Shown here one piece after another: positions 10,954 through 20,721 of a DNA stretch of 64,000 nt. A program made the position numbers and the translations under genes. Where the stretch lies: the NCBI GenBank assembly GCA_965216465.1, contig CBDCFW010000006.1, positions 192,001 to 256,000 of the forward strand, given 5' to 3'. The stretch is from Bacteroidia bacterium. Its GTDB lineage: Bacteria; Bacteroidota; Bacteroidia; NS11-12g; UBA9320. Under the pieces are notes generated by a model. That model was not told the DNA's origin and ran no database searches. It worked only from the letters and a program-made list of their open reading frames with translations. How positions within the stretch are numbered: the first letter of the stretch is position 1; every line of letters begins with the position of its first letter.

Positions 10954-13002
10954 ATGAAAATCCTTCTTGAGGTTAAAGGATTTGTGCTAATAGGATTTTT
11001 GATGAGCCTGTTTAATTATTCGTCAGGTCAAACCTATTACGCAAACGGAGATGCCAAAAGTGTGGGTGGTGATTGTTATCAATTAACCAACAGCACCAAC
11101 TGGCAAAACGGATCGGTATGGTATGCCTCAAAAATTGACCTTCAGTCGGATTTTGATCTCGAGTTCTATCTCAATTTTGGGAGTTCAGACTATGGTGCCG
11201 ATGGAATAATGTTTGTGCTTCAAGACCGCGGCAATCAAGCAATTGGCCAAAGTGGAGGTGGTTTAGGCTACGAAGGATTCTCTCCCAGCTTAGGCGTTGA
11301 ATTTGATAACTTTCAAAACACCGCAATTGGAGATCCGAGCTACGACCATATAGCTGTATTTCAAGATGGAAACATCTCACACTCCAATGGTCAAGCGTTG
11401 CATGCTCCGGTGCCCAGCAGAACCAATAGCGGAAATGTTGAAGACGGTCAAGATCATTTAATTAGAGTTAAGTGGACATCTAGTACTCAGGCGTTGGAAG
11501 TTTACTTTGACTGTGTAAAACGAATTTCATTGCAGTATGACATTCAAAAGCTCATATTTAATGACGAACGTTATGTTTACTGGGGTTTTACCGCCGCTAC
11601 CGGTTCATTAAATAATAAACAAACGGCATGCTTAAGGAAAGACATCCTTGTTAAGGATACTGTTCCAATTTGTAAAGGAGATGCCGTACCAATAAATTCT
11701 AGAAAAAGTGAAGATGATGTATATAAATGGTGGCCAAATGTAGATCTGAGTGATGCTACCATTAAAAATCCTATATGCTCATCGATCGTTCAAAGAACCT
11801 ACTACGTAGAATACACAGATTTATGCGGAGATAAGCTTATCGATACCGTTGAGGTTGTAATCCACCAACCGTTTACGATGGATGAGGCTCAAGATTCTTT
11901 CTTGTGTGACTTGAGAAGTTACGAACTTGATCTTCGTGTTAAATATGATTCGATATTGTGGAATGATGGCTTGAAGCTACAACGGCGATTCCTAACTCAA
12001 CCCGGATACTACAAATTTAGAGCTTGGCAAGGTGTATGCTGGGATGATGATTCACTCACTATAACCACCGATATTACCCCGCAACTCAGTATTGAAGGCG
12101 ATTCTTTTTTCTGTGAGGGAGATACAAGTATTTTACAGCTTCTAATAGAACCTTCCTCAGCAGTGTTTCAATGGCAAAATGGAAGCACCGATAGCTTTTA
12201 TACCAGCACAGAGACTGAAACCGTATTTGTGGAAGCCAGCAATCGCTGTGGGGACAATCAAGCAAGTTATAGTACGAGAGAAATAATAATTCCGGAAATT
12301 GAGATTATTGGTGATTCTATTTTTTGTCCTGATGACAGTGCTGTTTTGTTCGCTTCAAACTATGAACCTTATTTACCAAAATGGAGCAACGGCTTCTCCG
12401 GTATTATGCAATCTGTTGGTCCTGGATCGTACCAAGTTCGAATTGAAGATCAACATTGTTTTGATGAAGACAATTTCGAAGTTGAGTTTCGACCCCTCCC
12501 TCAAATTGCTGTAGATCCCTTCATAAAACATTGCGAATTTGAAGCTTTAACCTTACAAACCGACTCCCAAGACTTAGTTAGCTACTTGTGGTCAAATAGT
12601 TCTAAAAAACACTGGGCAGATTATTCCGACTACAGTGGCAATCATTGGGCCAAGGCTTATAATGCATGTGGAACAGATTCGGTAAACTTTTTTCTCGAAC
12701 GGCCATATTGCACGTGTGATATATGGACACCCAACGCATTTACCCCCAACTTTGATGACCGTAACGAAGTTTTCCGCTTTATACCCAATTGCAATAAGAT
12801 GCTTTCATTTAGTTATGTAATCTATAATCGATGGGGAGAGCAAATATTTGATGCTAATAGTATTGATCAAGCTTGGGATGGGACCTTCAACGAACAACCT
12901 TGTCCTACAGGAGTCTATTTTTGGATTGTAAACTACAGCGGAATTGAAGGCCGTTCAGCTGTTCGAAAGACGCAAGACGGAATTATTCATTTGATTAGAT
13001 AG
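10954..13002 (+). CDS. T9SS cargo with L-type lectin-like domain and type B (gliding-motility-associated) CTD
   Basis: GADG..F, VEFD, WGFTAATG lectin motifs; C-terminal PNAFTPN...YNRWG...WDG...GVYF; ATG 10954 preferred start. Confidence 0.88.
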   Translation: MKILLEVKGFVLIGFLMSLFNYSSGQTYYANGDAKSVGGDCYQLTNSTNWQNGSVWYASKIDLQSDFDLEFYLNFGSSDYGADGIMFVLQDRGNQAIGQSGGGLGYEGFSPSLGVEFDNFQNTAIGDPSYDHIAVFQDGNISHSNGQALHAPVPSRTNSGNVEDGQDHLIRVKWTSSTQALEVYFDCVKRISLQYDIQKLIFNDERYVYWGFTAATGSLNNKQTACLRKDILVKDTVPICKGDAVPINSRKSEDDVYKWWPNVDLSDATIKNPICSSIVQRTYYVEYTDLCGDKLIDTVEVVIHQPFTMDEAQDSFLCDLRSYELDLRVKYDSILWNDGLKLQRRFLTQPGYYKFRAWQGVCWDDDSLTITTDITPQLSIEGDSFFCEGDTSILQLLIEPSSAVFQWQNGSTDSFYTSTETETVFVEASNRCGDNQASYSTREIIIPEIEIIGDSIFCPDDSAVLFASNYEPYLPKWSNGFSGIMQSVGPGSYQVRIEDQHCFDEDNFEVEFRPLPQIAVDPFIKHCEFEALTLQTDSQDLVSYLWSNSSKKHWADYSDYSGNHWAKAYNACGTDSVNFFLERPYCTCDIWTPNAFTPNFDDRNEVFRFIPNCNKMLSFSYVIYNRWGEQIFDANSIDQAWDGTFNEQPCPTGVYFWIVNYSGIEGRSAVRKTQDGIIHLIR

Positions 13003-13090
13003 AGTAATTCTCATTCCACACTTTTCTTAAATCATTTACTTTCAAATTGCAATTTCATGCCTAAAACATGGCCGTTCATCTAAAAATATA

Positions 13091-13132
13091 GTACTTTGTT
13101 TTGCATAGTACCTTTTTTAAGATATATATTTG
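13091..13132 (+). promoter_or_regulatory. Candidate PadR operator GTACT-N11-AGTAC plus TATATTTG -7 element
   Basis: Inverted repeat 13091-13111 directly upstream of the PadR gene; -7 element at 13125-13132. Confidence 0.6.
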
Positions 13133-13148
13133 CATTACAATTTAGAAG

Positions 13149-13478
13149 ATGAATGTAGAAAACACACAATCACAAATGCGTAAAGGTATTCTCGAATACT
13201 GCATCCTTTCTTCCATAAGCAAAGGAGAAGTTTACGCGTCAGATATTATTACAGAGCTCAAAGAAGCCAAGTTAATTGTTGTTGAAGGCACCCTTTACCC
13301 GCTGCTAACTCGACTCAAGAATGCCGGTTTATTGAAATATGAATGGAAAGAAAGCGACCAAGGTCCTCCTAGAAAATACTATTCACTTACCGAACTTGGA
13401 CAAAAGTTTAAAGAAGAACTTTATAAAACCTGGAACGAACTAACTACATCAGTCAACAAGATCACACAAACAAAATGA
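13149..13478 (+). CDS. PadR-family transcriptional regulator
   Basis: MRKGILE, EGTLYPLLTRL, GPPRKYY. Confidence 0.95.
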   Translation: MNVENTQSQMRKGILEYCILSSISKGEVYASDIITELKEAKLIVVEGTLYPLLTRLKNAGLLKYEWKESDQGPPRKYYSLTELGQKFKEELYKTWNELTTSVNKITQTK

Positions 13479-14554
13479 ACAAAATAATACAAATCAACCT
13501 TGCCGGACAGGCTATTTCAATTGATGAAAGTGCTTATGAGATACTCAAAAAGTACCTCAAAACCCTCGAAAAACACTTTAAAAATACCGAAAGTGGAGAT
13601 GAGATTCTCAGCGATATAGAAGCTAGAATGTCTGAACTATTTCACACAAAACTGAAAGGAAATCACACCTTTATCAGCGAAAAAGATGTTGAGGAAGCGA
13701 CTGAATTAATGGGCAGCTTATCCGACATGGGCATTGATGATGAAGAAGAAGAAAAAGCAAAGTCTCAAGGAAGTCAGCAACAACAGTACTCTTCTACTTA
13801 TCAAGCTCGCAGTAAAAAACTTTTCAGAGACCCAGACGATAAAATTTTAGGAGGTGTTTGCTCAGGTATAGCAGCTTACCTCGGTATTGACACCAGTTTA
13901 ATGCGTTTAATTACCTTACTTTTTGTGTTGTTTGGTGGATTGTCATTAATCCCTTATATAATCCTCTGGATGGTTATTCCAGAGGCTAAAACGGCTCAAG
14001 ACAAGTACCGTATGCATGGGCAAACTCCTGATTTGAACGAGATTGTTGACAATGTTAGAAAAGAGGCCAACAACGTTGCAGACAACTTAAAAAAAAACTC
14101 TAAACTGAACTCAGGCCTAAATGGAATAAGCCAAGTTGTCGAAAACATCGTTCGATTTTTCTCCAAAGTGCTAGGTGCTGGAGCCCTTGCTGTGCTTGTG
14201 GTGGTGGTCGTCTCGCTTACAATAGCCCTGCTTGCCAATGCAACTGGAAATGCCGATGTTACTATAAATGGTGAAACATTTATTGCACCACAAATTTTCA
14301 ACTCGGTGGCCCTCAACTGGGTTTTTAGCGTCTCATTGCTAGCCGTAATTCTAATTCCCGTAGGTACTTTGATCTATGCATTGGTTCAGTTTATTTTCAA
14401 CTTAGGGAACATCATCAACCTAAAAGCTATTTTCCTGGCATGGTTGTTAAGTTTAGCCGTATTTATTGGTGTATCAATCTATGCCAGTGGTGAGATTAAC
14501 TTTGATGAAATGCGAGATTTCCATTACAAAATTGAAGAGACAACTACCGTTTAA
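13475..14554 (+). CDS. PspC-domain membrane protein
   Basis: KKLFRDPDDKILGGVCSGIAAY PspC motif; DIEARMSELF N-terminus; ATGA overlap with padR. Confidence 0.9.
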   Translation: MNKIIQINLAGQAISIDESAYEILKKYLKTLEKHFKNTESGDEILSDIEARMSELFHTKLKGNHTFISEKDVEEATELMGSLSDMGIDDEEEEKAKSQGSQQQQYSSTYQARSKKLFRDPDDKILGGVCSGIAAYLGIDTSLMRLITLLFVLFGGLSLIPYIILWMVIPEAKTAQDKYRMHGQTPDLNEIVDNVRKEANNVADNLKKNSKLNSGLNGISQVVENIVRFFSKVLGAGALAVLVVVVVSLTIALLANATGNADVTINGETFIAPQIFNSVALNWVFSVSLLAVILIPVGTLIYALVQFIFNLGNIINLKAIFLAWLLSLAVFIGVSIYASGEINFDEMRDFHYKIEETTTV

Positions 14555-14577
14555 TTCAAAGTGTATACATTTGTTTT

Positions 14578-15243
14578 ATGAACGGGTTCAAACCTTACAT
14601 TCAACACAATAAAGTTACATCTGACCAAGATATTATTCAACGAATTGCAGAACACAATTCTGACATGCAGCACCGCAGATCGGTTCGTGAATTTTCAGAT
14701 AAACCTATCCCCTATGAGGTTATCGAAAATTTAGTACGCATAGCATCAAGTGCTCCAAGTGGAGCACACAAACAACCATGGACTTTTTGTGTGGTTTCAA
14801 GTGCTGATTTTAAGAAAAAAATACGGGAAGCCGCAGAAAAGGAAGAATATGAAAACTACCATGGTCGAATGACAGCTGAGTGGCTTAAAGACCTAGAACC
14901 CTTTGGAACAGATTGGAACAAAGAATTCTTAGAAATCGCACCCTATTTGATTGTAGTGTTTAAGAAATCTTACGACATAAACCCCGATGGCACAACTTCA
15001 AAAAACTATTACGTTAATGAAAGTGTTGGCATTGCTTGCGGATTTCTCTTGCAAGCCATTCATGAAGCGGGCTTGGTTAGTCTAACGCATACACCCAGCC
15101 CGATGAATTTCTTGGCCCAACTTTTAGAGCGGCCTAAGAATGAAAAGGCTTTTCTTTTAATTCCTGTTGGTTATGCTGCAGATGATGCTGAAGTTCCGGT
15201 GTTGAGACGCAAATCTTTGGATGAAGTATTGGTAAAATATTAG
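14578..15243 (+). CDS. Nitroreductase-superfamily flavoprotein, iodotyrosine deiodinase (IYD)-like
   Basis: RRSVREFS, APSGAHKQPW, EEYENY...W...L...TDWNKEFL lid, LTHTP. Confidence 0.88.
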   Translation: MNGFKPYIQHNKVTSDQDIIQRIAEHNSDMQHRRSVREFSDKPIPYEVIENLVRIASSAPSGAHKQPWTFCVVSSADFKKKIREAAEKEEYENYHGRMTAEWLKDLEPFGTDWNKEFLEIAPYLIVVFKKSYDINPDGTTSKNYYVNESVGIACGFLLQAIHEAGLVSLTHTPSPMNFLAQLLERPKNEKAFLLIPVGYAADDAEVPVLRRKSLDEVLVKY

Positions 15244-15259
15244 TAACATTGCACTGCAA

Positions 15260-15754
15260 ATGGCTAAAATCGAAGTAAACCATAATTCATTTTCTGTTAG
15301 TAGGGAAAACGACCAACTTACCCTCGATAACATCCCTGTAGAATACGACATTATTCAACTTCCTGATGGCAGGTACAGTCTTGTGATGGATAACAACTCG
15401 TACATGGTTGAGATTGTCAATAAAGAAACTGCTTCTGGAAAACTTACACTTCGAATAGACAATCGCTTAGTTGAAACAACCTTGCATAACAAGCTGGCAG
15501 AATTACTTAAGTCTATGGGTATGGAATCTGGCAAGAAAAAGTTAAAAGACCTTAAAGCTCCAATGCCAGGACTAGTTCTTGATGTTCTTGTTGGAAGCGG
15601 TGAACAAGTTTCTGAAGGTCAAGACCTACTTGTTCTTGAAGCCATGAAAATGGAAAATGCAATAAAATCTCCTCAAGACGGAGTAATTGATACTATTTCT
15701 GTACAAAAACAAGACAAAGTTGATAAAAACCAAGTCTTAGTTTCTTTTCAATAA
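15260..15754 (+). CDS. Biotin carboxyl carrier protein (acyl-CoA carboxylase)
   Basis: APMPG and EAMKMEN biotinylation motif. Confidence 0.93.
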   Translation: MAKIEVNHNSFSVSRENDQLTLDNIPVEYDIIQLPDGRYSLVMDNNSYMVEIVNKETASGKLTLRIDNRLVETTLHNKLAELLKSMGMESGKKKLKDLKAPMPGLVLDVLVGSGEQVSEGQDLLVLEAMKMENAIKSPQDGVIDTISVQKQDKVDKNQVLVSFQ

Positions 15755-15819
15755 GCGTTCAATTCTTTCCTTTGTGGTCACTTAAATTAAGCTGACCCTC
15801 CATTAAATTTTTATAAAAA

Positions 15820-16851
15820 ATGAAGAATACAATTCTTGCTGCATTTCTTGTGGCTCTATCTGTGGCAAGCTTTGCCCAAGACAATTCTCTAGAAGAAAAA
15901 CAAAAAGAACTTGCTGCGGCTGAAGAAAAATTAAAGCAGGCACAGCAACAAGTAGATTTGTTGAAATCTGAGGTCGACGCTTTAAAACCAAAAGAGTATT
16001 GGAAAAAAGGTGGCTTTACTGCACTTAATTTCAACTCACTGGGATTAACAAATTGGGCAGCTGGGGGTGTACAATCCAACTCTGTAACTGCGTTAGGAAA
16101 TCTTTATCTCAATTACAATAAGGACAAAATTGACTGGACAAATAATCTTGACCTTGCCTATGGATTAATTCAGAATCAAGGTGAAGACATCCGTAAAAAT
16201 GAAGATAAGATTGACTACTTAACTAAGTTTGGGCGACAGGCTACAAAGAAGTTAAACTACGCCGCTTTATTCAATTTTAAATCACAATTTGCTCCTGGTT
16301 TTGACTTTAGTGATCCGGACGAGAACCGTCCTGCCATTTCAAAATTTCTTGCACCAGCATTCGTGATTACTTCTTTAGGAGTTGATTACAAGGTAACAGA
16401 TTATTTCTCGGTCTTCGTTTCTCCAGCTACGGGTAAATTTACCATTGTAAATGATGATAGTATTGCTGCAATGAATGCTTATATCCCAGCAACAGTAGAC
16501 GACGATGGAATTCAGTTCTATAACGACAACTTCAGAGCTGAGTTTGGTGCTTTGATTAATGCAATAGTTTCGAAGGACCTTACCAAAAAAATAAACTTAA
16601 AATCGACACTAAACCTGTTTAACAACTACACGGATAAAAACATCGCAAACCGAAAAAATATTGATGTGAACTGGGAAACCATGATTAACATGAAACTCAC
16701 CGATTATATCGGCGTTTCAGTCTTCACGTACCTCATTTACGATGACGATGTTGACATCTCAATCTTTGACGACAATGGCATTGAAATTGGGATGGGACCA
16801 AGAACTCAGTTTAAGCGCGTTTTAGGTGTAGGATTTTCTTACAAATTTTAG
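15820..16851 (+). CDS. DUF3078-like outer-membrane protein
   Basis: Signal peptide, NWAAGG, RKNED, FLAPA, C-terminal GVGFSYKF. Confidence 0.8.
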   Translation: MKNTILAAFLVALSVASFAQDNSLEEKQKELAAAEEKLKQAQQQVDLLKSEVDALKPKEYWKKGGFTALNFNSLGLTNWAAGGVQSNSVTALGNLYLNYNKDKIDWTNNLDLAYGLIQNQGEDIRKNEDKIDYLTKFGRQATKKLNYAALFNFKSQFAPGFDFSDPDENRPAISKFLAPAFVITSLGVDYKVTDYFSVFVSPATGKFTIVNDDSIAAMNAYIPATVDDDGIQFYNDNFRAEFGALINAIVSKDLTKKINLKSTLNLFNNYTDKNIANRKNIDVNWETMINMKLTDYIGVSVFTYLIYDDDVDISIFDDNGIEIGMGPRTQFKRVLGVGFSYKF

Positions 16852-16920
16852 GGTTTAATCATCTCACTGTATTGTAAAAATTAGAAGAGCCTTAGTTATG
16901 TTCTAAGAAAACTTTTAATT

Positions 16921-17361
16921 TTGTCACTTCTGAAAAACAGGTCTGAACATATTAAGTCATTGATAGCTGGTGCCTTTGCATTAGTTGTTTTGTTCAGTAG
17001 TTTTGGAATGAGCTTTGGTTTTCATTTATGTAAGAATGAAATCAAAGACTTTAGTTTCTTAGGAAACGTTGAAGAATGTTCAAGCGACGGAATTTCATGT
17101 CAGGAAGAACCTATTCCTCTAAACTCAATTACTAGGACCCCATGTTGTCAAAATCAAAATATATACAGTCAATCTGTATTTTTTGATGATGCTCCTGTAC
17201 TTCTCGTTTCAAATTCTGACTTTGAAATGAAGCCAGCATTTAGTTTGCTTGAATTGAATCCATCAATTAATGCAGCTTCAAAGTATGATTTCGACCTCAG
17301 ACCTCCTCCCGACATTTATGCTCCTGAGCTAAATATTCTTATTCAATCATTTCTAATTTAG
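16921..17361 (+). CDS. HYC_CC_PP-type Cys-rich leader protein, copy 1
   Basis: Hydrophobic N-terminus, HLC, CC, RPPP; start uncertain because TTG 16921 overlaps TAATTTTG at 16916-16923 (CTG 16930 possible). Confidence 0.75.
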   Translation: MSLLKNRSEHIKSLIAGAFALVVLFSSFGMSFGFHLCKNEIKDFSFLGNVEECSSDGISCQEEPIPLNSITRTPCCQNQNIYSQSVFFDDAPVLLVSNSDFEMKPAFSLLELNPSINAASKYDFDLRPPPDIYAPELNILIQSFLI

Positions 17362-17425
17362 GATTACTAGTGACCTAGTTTAATGACCATGCTATGTTTG
17401 GTCAAGTTATTATATAATCCAAATT
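17355..17425 (+). promoter_or_regulatory. Predicted mRNA hairpin overlapping the leader-1 stop codon and the next gene's initiation region
   Basis: AATTT/AAATT, GGATTA/TAATCC, TAGTGAC/GTTATTA (G-U pairs) and TGACCA/TGGTCA nested arms; no U-tail; ATG at 17429. Confidence 0.6.
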
Positions 17426-17428
17426 GAA

Positions 17429-17650
17429 ATGAAAAAAAACATATTAATCTTAGTAATAATCGCATTTGCAGGAATATCGTATACAGCCTGCAGTTCAAAT
17501 CAAGAAAAAGAAGTTGACCGTACAGGCGTAGAATACACCTCGTCTTACATCTGCCCCATGCACTGTGAGGGTAGCGGAAGTGAGCACCCTGGCAACTGTC
17601 CTGATTGTGGAATGAAATATGTTGAAAATCCCGATAGCACTTCACATTGA
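17429..17650 (+). CDS. Small lipoprotein with heavy-metal-binding domain
   Basis: Lipobox YTAC; YICPMHC...PGNCPDCGM. Confidence 0.88.
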   Translation: MKKNILILVIIAFAGISYTACSSNQEKEVDRTGVEYTSSYICPMHCEGSGSEHPGNCPDCGMKYVENPDSTSH

Positions 17651-18660
17651 AATGTAGGACACACATATCGATTCTAATTACATGCATAATACTGCTCTCT
17701 GCATGCGAACATGATCCTGCTTTGGATATAAACAGCAAGCTTTTTGATACTCCTGACCACTTTGCTCCTATGAAGTTTCCTGAAGATAACGCGTATACTT
17801 CAGACCGTTGGGAGCTAGGGAAAATGCTATTTTTTGACAATCGATTGTCAAAAGACTCAACTTTGAACTGCGGGAGCTGTCATAAACCGGAATTATCATT
17901 CAGCGATGATGTGGCTTTTAGCCCGGGTGTTGAAAACAGGCCTGGTGTTCGTAACTCTCCGAGTCTTGCAAACATTGGATACCACCCATATTTTACCCGC
18001 GAGGGTGGTGTAGCAACACTCGAAATGCAAGTACTAGTACCCGTGCAAGAGCACAACGAATTTGACTTCAACATAGTTGAGATAGAAAAACGACTTTCGT
18101 CTGATTCTGCCTATCAACAAAAAAGTAGAAAAGCGTATAACCGTAATTTAGATTACTATGTAATTACGCGAGCCATATCAAATTTTGAACGTAGCTTAAT
18201 CAGTGCATCAAGTACTTACGACCAATTCTTAACAGACGACCTGACATTAACTGGTGAAGAAATCGCTGGCATGGACTTATTTTTTAGCTCCAAAACCAAC
18301 TGTTCATCATGTCACAGTGGATTTAATTTTACAAACTACAACTTCACGAATAATGGCCTTTATAATGACTATAACGATGAAGGCAGAAAACGTCTTACCG
18401 GATTAGACAAAGATGACGCAGTCTTTAAAGTGCCAAGCTTACGCAACGTTGAGCTAACCGCTCCTTACATGCACGATGGGTCACTACCTTCACTTGAAGC
18501 GGTAATTAATCATTATAATTCTGGAGGGATGAGTCATGCAAACAAACATGAATTGATAAAACCTCTTCACTTAACACAAAAAGAACAAGAACAGCTGATC
18601 GCATTCTTAAAAACATTAACAGATCATAAATTTATTAATAATCCAATATTTAAACCATGA
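17647..18660 (+). CDS. Di-heme cytochrome c peroxidase/MauG-family enzyme, MbnH-like, paralog 1 (lipoprotein)
   Basis: CGSCH, CSSCH, FKVPSLRN, PYMHDG...HY; lipobox LSAC. Confidence 0.9.
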   Translation: MKCRTHISILITCIILLSACEHDPALDINSKLFDTPDHFAPMKFPEDNAYTSDRWELGKMLFFDNRLSKDSTLNCGSCHKPELSFSDDVAFSPGVENRPGVRNSPSLANIGYHPYFTREGGVATLEMQVLVPVQEHNEFDFNIVEIEKRLSSDSAYQQKSRKAYNRNLDYYVITRAISNFERSLISASSTYDQFLTDDLTLTGEEIAGMDLFFSSKTNCSSCHSGFNFTNYNFTNNGLYNDYNDEGRKRLTGLDKDDAVFKVPSLRNVELTAPYMHDGSLPSLEAVINHYNSGGMSHANKHELIKPLHLTQKEQEQLIAFLKTLTDHKFINNPIFKP

Positions 18661-19622
18661 AAAAAATCACAACAAAAATGCTTTTTGCGCTCGCATTAAG
18701 CCTAATTCTGGGAGCTCCTACTCAAGCTCAAACCAATATAAAATTAAAAGTGAATCACTTACTGGGATCCGAAGACTTTGGCTTCCAAAAAATAGCAAAA
18801 AATGATATAGGCAATGAATTCGTAGCCCTACGACTTGAATATTACATTTCTGGCATCACTTTGATTCATGATGGAGGACAAGAAACAACCTTGAACACTT
18901 ATATACTTCAAGATGCAGCCGATGACGACACTGTATCAATAGGTTCAGCAAATATTTCTTCTTTAGAATCTCTTAGCTTTTTCATCGGAGTTGATAAAAC
19001 AAACAATCATGCAGACCCATCAAAGTGGCCATCAAGCCATGCTTTGGCTCCAAAATCTCCATCAATGCACTGGGGTTGGGCTTCGGGCTACCGTTTTGTT
19101 GCTCTTGAAGGTGCTACAGGTGCCAACATGAACAACAAATTTGCAATTCACGCTTTAGGTGATAAAAACTATTTCGAAATGAACATTCCTACCACAGGTG
19201 AAATGATAAATAACAATTTAGTCATTGTATTGAATGCAGATTACACCAAATTGCTTTCTCAAATTAATTTGTCAACTGGCGTATTTAATCATGGAGAAGA
19301 TGATGAAGCGGCTGAATTACTTAGAAACTTCCAAACTAAGGTATTTACAAATATGTCAGGAGAAGGAAACACACTAAGTGTTGAACCTGTCAAAATCACT
19401 AATGCTTTTAGCATCAATCCAAATCCTAGCCATGGAAACTTCAATATTCAAGTTTTAGATTCTCGCTTGCTTAACGCAGAAGTTGAAATCAGAGATCTAA
19501 CTGGCAGAATAGTTTCTGAAAACACCTATTTAAACAATCTTCCTACACTTTCTGCAGGGGTGTATCTTGTAGCTGTTAAGAGTGAAAATATTATTAGCAC
19601 CCAAAAATTAATTGTGAACTAA
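18657..19622 (+). CDS. MbnP-like WxW protein with T9SS type A C-terminal domain
   Basis: LEYYIS, GVD...NH.DP, MHWGWASGYRF; C-terminal NPNPS...DLTGR...GVY...QKLIV. Confidence 0.82.
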   Translation: MKKITTKMLFALALSLILGAPTQAQTNIKLKVNHLLGSEDFGFQKIAKNDIGNEFVALRLEYYISGITLIHDGGQETTLNTYILQDAADDDTVSIGSANISSLESLSFFIGVDKTNNHADPSKWPSSHALAPKSPSMHWGWASGYRFVALEGATGANMNNKFAIHALGDKNYFEMNIPTTGEMINNNLVIVLNADYTKLLSQINLSTGVFNHGEDDEAAELLRNFQTKVFTNMSGEGNTLSVEPVKITNAFSINPNPSHGNFNIQVLDSRLLNAEVEIRDLTGRIVSENTYLNNLPTLSAGVYLVAVKSENIISTQKLIVN

Positions 19623-19623
19623 T

Positions 19624-20709
19624 ATGAAAGTAAGAATATTATCAATTATCCTAGCACTTATTGCTATCGGAATTTGGAGTTGCAAAGACGACGAACCTGC
19701 TGAAGCTATCGTTCACGATACAACCCCATACGAGTTAGATTATGGAAGCTTTCTTCCACCATCCATTGCTGAAGACAACCCACTAACGATACAAGGGGTT
19801 AAACTAGGTCGAATGCTATTTCACGAGAAGATGTTATCGAAAGATGAGTCGCAATCCTGTGCAACATGTCACATTCAAGAATTTGCGTTTAGTGACACTG
19901 CAACGCTGTCTATTGGAGTTCAAGGTCTTCCTGGTAAGCGACAGGCTATGGCTGTCTTTAATATGGCATGGAATATCAATGAATTCTTTTGGGATGGCAG
20001 AGCTCACCTTCTGCGTGACCAATCATTACTCCCCATACAAGACGAACTTGAGATGGATGAAACATTAGATGGGGTAATCGCAAAACTGAATGGTAGCCAG
20101 ATGTATAAAGACCAATTTATGCGTGCTTTTGGAAGTGAGGAAATTACTTCAGAGAAAATGTCACTTGCCATGGAGCAGTTTATGAATTCTATCGTATCAA
20201 CTAATTCAAGGTACGACGAGTTCTTAGAAGATTCTGCGGTCTTTACTGCAAGCGAGAAGAGAGGTCATGATTTATTTTTCCAAGAATACAATGAATTTTT
20301 TCCTGATGAAAGTGGTGCAGATTGTGCTCATTGTCATTCTGGTTTAAATTTTGAGAACGACGAATACATGAATAATGGTCTAGATGCAGGAGCTGATCAA
20401 ACTGATATTGGCAGAGAAAGCGTAACTTCCAATGCTCTCGATAAGGCTAAGTTTAAAGTTACCTCACTTAGAAATATTGAAGTAACAGCACCTTATATGC
20501 ACGATGGTCGATTTAAAACTTTAGAAGAAGTTGTAGAACACTACAATTCTGGTCTTAAAGGTTCTGCATCATTAGATCCAGCACTTGAAGCAACACGGGC
20601 AACTGGACTCATGCTAACTGAGCAAGACAAGGCCGATTTAGTGGCGTTTCTTAAAACTTTGACAGACCAATCATTGTTAAATAATAATAATTACACTGAT
20701 CCGTTTTAA
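19624..20709 (+). CDS. Di-heme MbnH/MauG-like enzyme, paralog 2 (lipoprotein)
   Basis: CATCH, FFWDGRA, CAHCH, PYMHDG...HY; lipobox WSC-KDDE. Confidence 0.9.
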   Translation: MKVRILSIILALIAIGIWSCKDDEPAEAIVHDTTPYELDYGSFLPPSIAEDNPLTIQGVKLGRMLFHEKMLSKDESQSCATCHIQEFAFSDTATLSIGVQGLPGKRQAMAVFNMAWNINEFFWDGRAHLLRDQSLLPIQDELEMDETLDGVIAKLNGSQMYKDQFMRAFGSEEITSEKMSLAMEQFMNSIVSTNSRYDEFLEDSAVFTASEKRGHDLFFQEYNEFFPDESGADCAHCHSGLNFENDEYMNNGLDAGADQTDIGRESVTSNALDKAKFKVTSLRNIEVTAPYMHDGRFKTLEEVVEHYNSGLKGSASLDPALEATRATGLMLTEQDKADLVAFLKTLTDQSLLNNNNYTDPF

Positions 20710-20721
20710 ATTTGCAGTTCA

